From Priapulus caudatus (lineage: Eukaryota): 49,028 nucleotides of DNA. Position 1 is the first letter of the stretch. Every line of letters begins with the position of its first letter. Under the pieces are notes generated by a model. The model did not search any database. It had not been told where the DNA came from and saw only the letters and a list, made by a program, of their open reading frames with translations. Both the position numbers and the translations under genes were made by a program. Below are positions 46,876 to 49,028 of this stretch, one piece after another. The DNA lies in NCBI RefSeq assembly GCF_000485595.1, contig NW_014577071.1, positions 1-49,028 of the forward strand, read 5' to 3'.

Positions 46876-48824
46876 CATCGATGTAGCCCGCGCAAGGTCA
46901 CCTGTTGTGCTCATAACGCAACGCAGCGCACAGGGCCTGCCTACCTGCTGGCATTTTCTATACCTCCCACTCGACGAAGGCATTGCTGCTCGCGCGATCT
47001 AACGCAGTCGATCGGAGGTGGGCAGACTACGCGGTGGAGTTATCCGGCTTCGTCCGCACCGCGACGAACGAGGAGGCAGACGACGTGTGAGCACGCCGCG
47101 CGTCGCCGCGAGCAAGAGCGGAAGTCTAACTGCATGCAGTGGCGACCAGGATAGATTGAGGCCATGAGCGAGAGCGCCTCTGTCGTGGAGTGCGGACGGA
47201 AGTAATCAACCCGCGCTAGCTTACGGGCGGAGGAGGGCGAAGCACTTGCTACGTCTACAGCAGGCGAGGGGGAGGAGGAGGGGAGAGGTGGCGGTGGAGG
47301 AGGAGGAGGAGTGGAGGAGGAGTACGGAGGCAGGTGGTGGTGGTGGTGGGTGGGAGGAGAGGTGACTGTTGATGAGGTGGAGGTGTAGAGGAAGGGAAGA
47401 GGGAGGAGGAGGAGGCAGGAGAGGAGGAAGGAGAAGAGGAGGAAGAAGGAAGGCAGTGCGAGAGAGAAGAAGGAGGGAGGAGGGAAGAAAAGGAGGGGGA
47501 CGCACTCTTGTTCTACTGCGGTGTAGCGGCTTCTTCCAGCAGGCTTTCTGCCACATCAGACACATGCGGCTCGGTGGGGGCCAGCTGCACGCACGTGGAG
47601 GAAGAGGACAGAGGAGGAGGAAAGAGGAGTAGGAGGAGGAGGAGGAGAGGACGGATGGAGCGAGGAGGAGGAGGAGGAAGATGAGGAGACAGGAAGGGGA
47701 GGAGAAGGCAGCCTACCAATGCGCTGCTGCCATGCGTCGCTGCGATCACCCGCACACAGTATAATCCCGCAGCAGCATCGAGACGTCGGCCTGACCCGAC
47801 GTGCGAGGCAGTCTCTCGCGGGGAGGGAAAGTAACGCCCGTGTGCGCCCTCGTGGCGTCAACCAACGTACGAAGCTTTGACACAGCACAAGGAGTGGCGC
47901 ATCTCCGTGAACAGATTGCAGCGCTGATGGGTGTGTTGATGGTGAAGAGTGCGGGAGATGCGGCGAGCAACATCTTCACGCTTGTCGTGAGCTGTTGGCG
48001 CGTGCCAGAAGGTGCGAGTGCGAATAGAAGGAGAGGAGATGGGCAGGTGCAGAACCTCCGCGATGGGAAACGTTGACGGTGTGAAAGATGCAGAAGAAGT
48101 TACGGCTTGGAAAGTACAGAGTCGCTTGAAGTGTCCAGCGGAGAGAGCGCAAGAGCGAGAGGGCGATGAAAAGAGACGCGTACAAGATCGCAGCGCGCGC
48201 TCGTTTGTGTGGTGTGTTACGTGTGTGCGTACGCTGCTGTGCGTGGCGTGGTGCGAGTGCGTGCGTGTGTGCGTGCGTGTCGTGCGTGGTGTGTGTTTTT
48301 TTGGTGTGTGTGCTGTGTCTGTGAAAACACGAGAGAAAAAAATGAGAGGGGAGACAGACAGAGAGATACGAGAGAGAGGAAACGGACGATGAAGAGAAAA
48401 AAAACGTATCTGCTTAATTATGGAAGGCGCTGTCGCTTTACTCAATACCGCTAGACTACGGGCTGGACAATTTACTGGCTATTCCCGCTATGTGCCAACA
48501 CGCACAGCCGACCAACGTGGAGTGAGCTCCAGTCGTCAGTCAGTGACACGCGACAGTCAATGAGGGCTTGTATATACATCAAATTGTCATATGACATCTA
48601 CTTATGAAATAAGGCTGCTTAGTAAAGTAAACCAGCAACCGTAGGCCCGCACACGATAAAGACAAGGGCGCAGTTACCGTAACAGCCAATTGTCAACACA
48701 CGCCGAACGGACGGTATGCGACCTCGCACTTCCAGCACAAACGCCGACAAACTGTGAAATTCTAACCCAAAAATAATTAGCGAGACTGCGCCTGTGTCGT
48801 CCGCGTTCTCGCTTTTGTGGGCTT

Positions 48825-49028
48825 ACTCTTTCTCACGCCCTTTTCTCTCCTCTCTCTCTCTCTCTCTGCTCGTCTCTCTCTCTCTCCTTTTCTCTCCCTG
48901 CTCTCTCTCTCTCTCTCTCTCTCTACTCTCTTCTCCCTTCTCATCTCTGCTCTCTCTCGTCTCTCTGCTCTCTCTCTCTCTGCCCTCGCGTCATCTCGTC
49001 TCTCTCGTCGCTCTCGCTCGCTCTCCTC
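48825..49028. repeat. (CT)n-rich tract
   Basis: Directly visible. Confidence 0.9.

Noticed and set aside
48115..48140. HFKRL on the minus strand as the end of an N-terminal LIM domain
   Set aside because: No preceding Cys/His pattern or clear splice context; probably chance.

Overview
Eukaryotic (metazoan, probably invertebrate) genomic DNA from a draft, error-prone assembly; no prokaryotic operons, rRNA, tRNA or CRISPR array seen. Two spliced genes lie tail-to-tail. (1) + strand: the last three coding exons of gamma-glutamylcyclotransferase (GGCT), 3053-4029; exon 1 was not found. (2) - strand: a >39 kb multi-exon gene (at least 45519 to 6451; 5' end unresolved) for an EPLIN/XIRP2/LIMD2-type LIM protein built from a repeated module [acidic tract - EL..A(R/K)E(S/T)K..AL.(K/R)FQ.(L/M)E - PPPPR(A/S)(I/F)TPPP(D/E)]. 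Splice-site and phase reconstruction suggests three mutually exclusive C-termini: a ~3 kb GC-rich read-through extension with 7 more modules, a 4.5 kb exon encoding a 1506-aa acidic 12-mer-repeat tail, or a two-exon LIM domain. About 14 kb (17683-22920 and 26375-35074) is redundant sequence that most likely reflects an uncollapsed haplotype and noisy long-read gap filling. Introns carry several MITEs (Harbinger-like, P-like, one with TTAGGG repeats), micro/minisatellites and tandem duplications of splice-donor junctions. Exon models were derived by hand from GT-AG sites and phase continuity and need RNA-seq confirmation.
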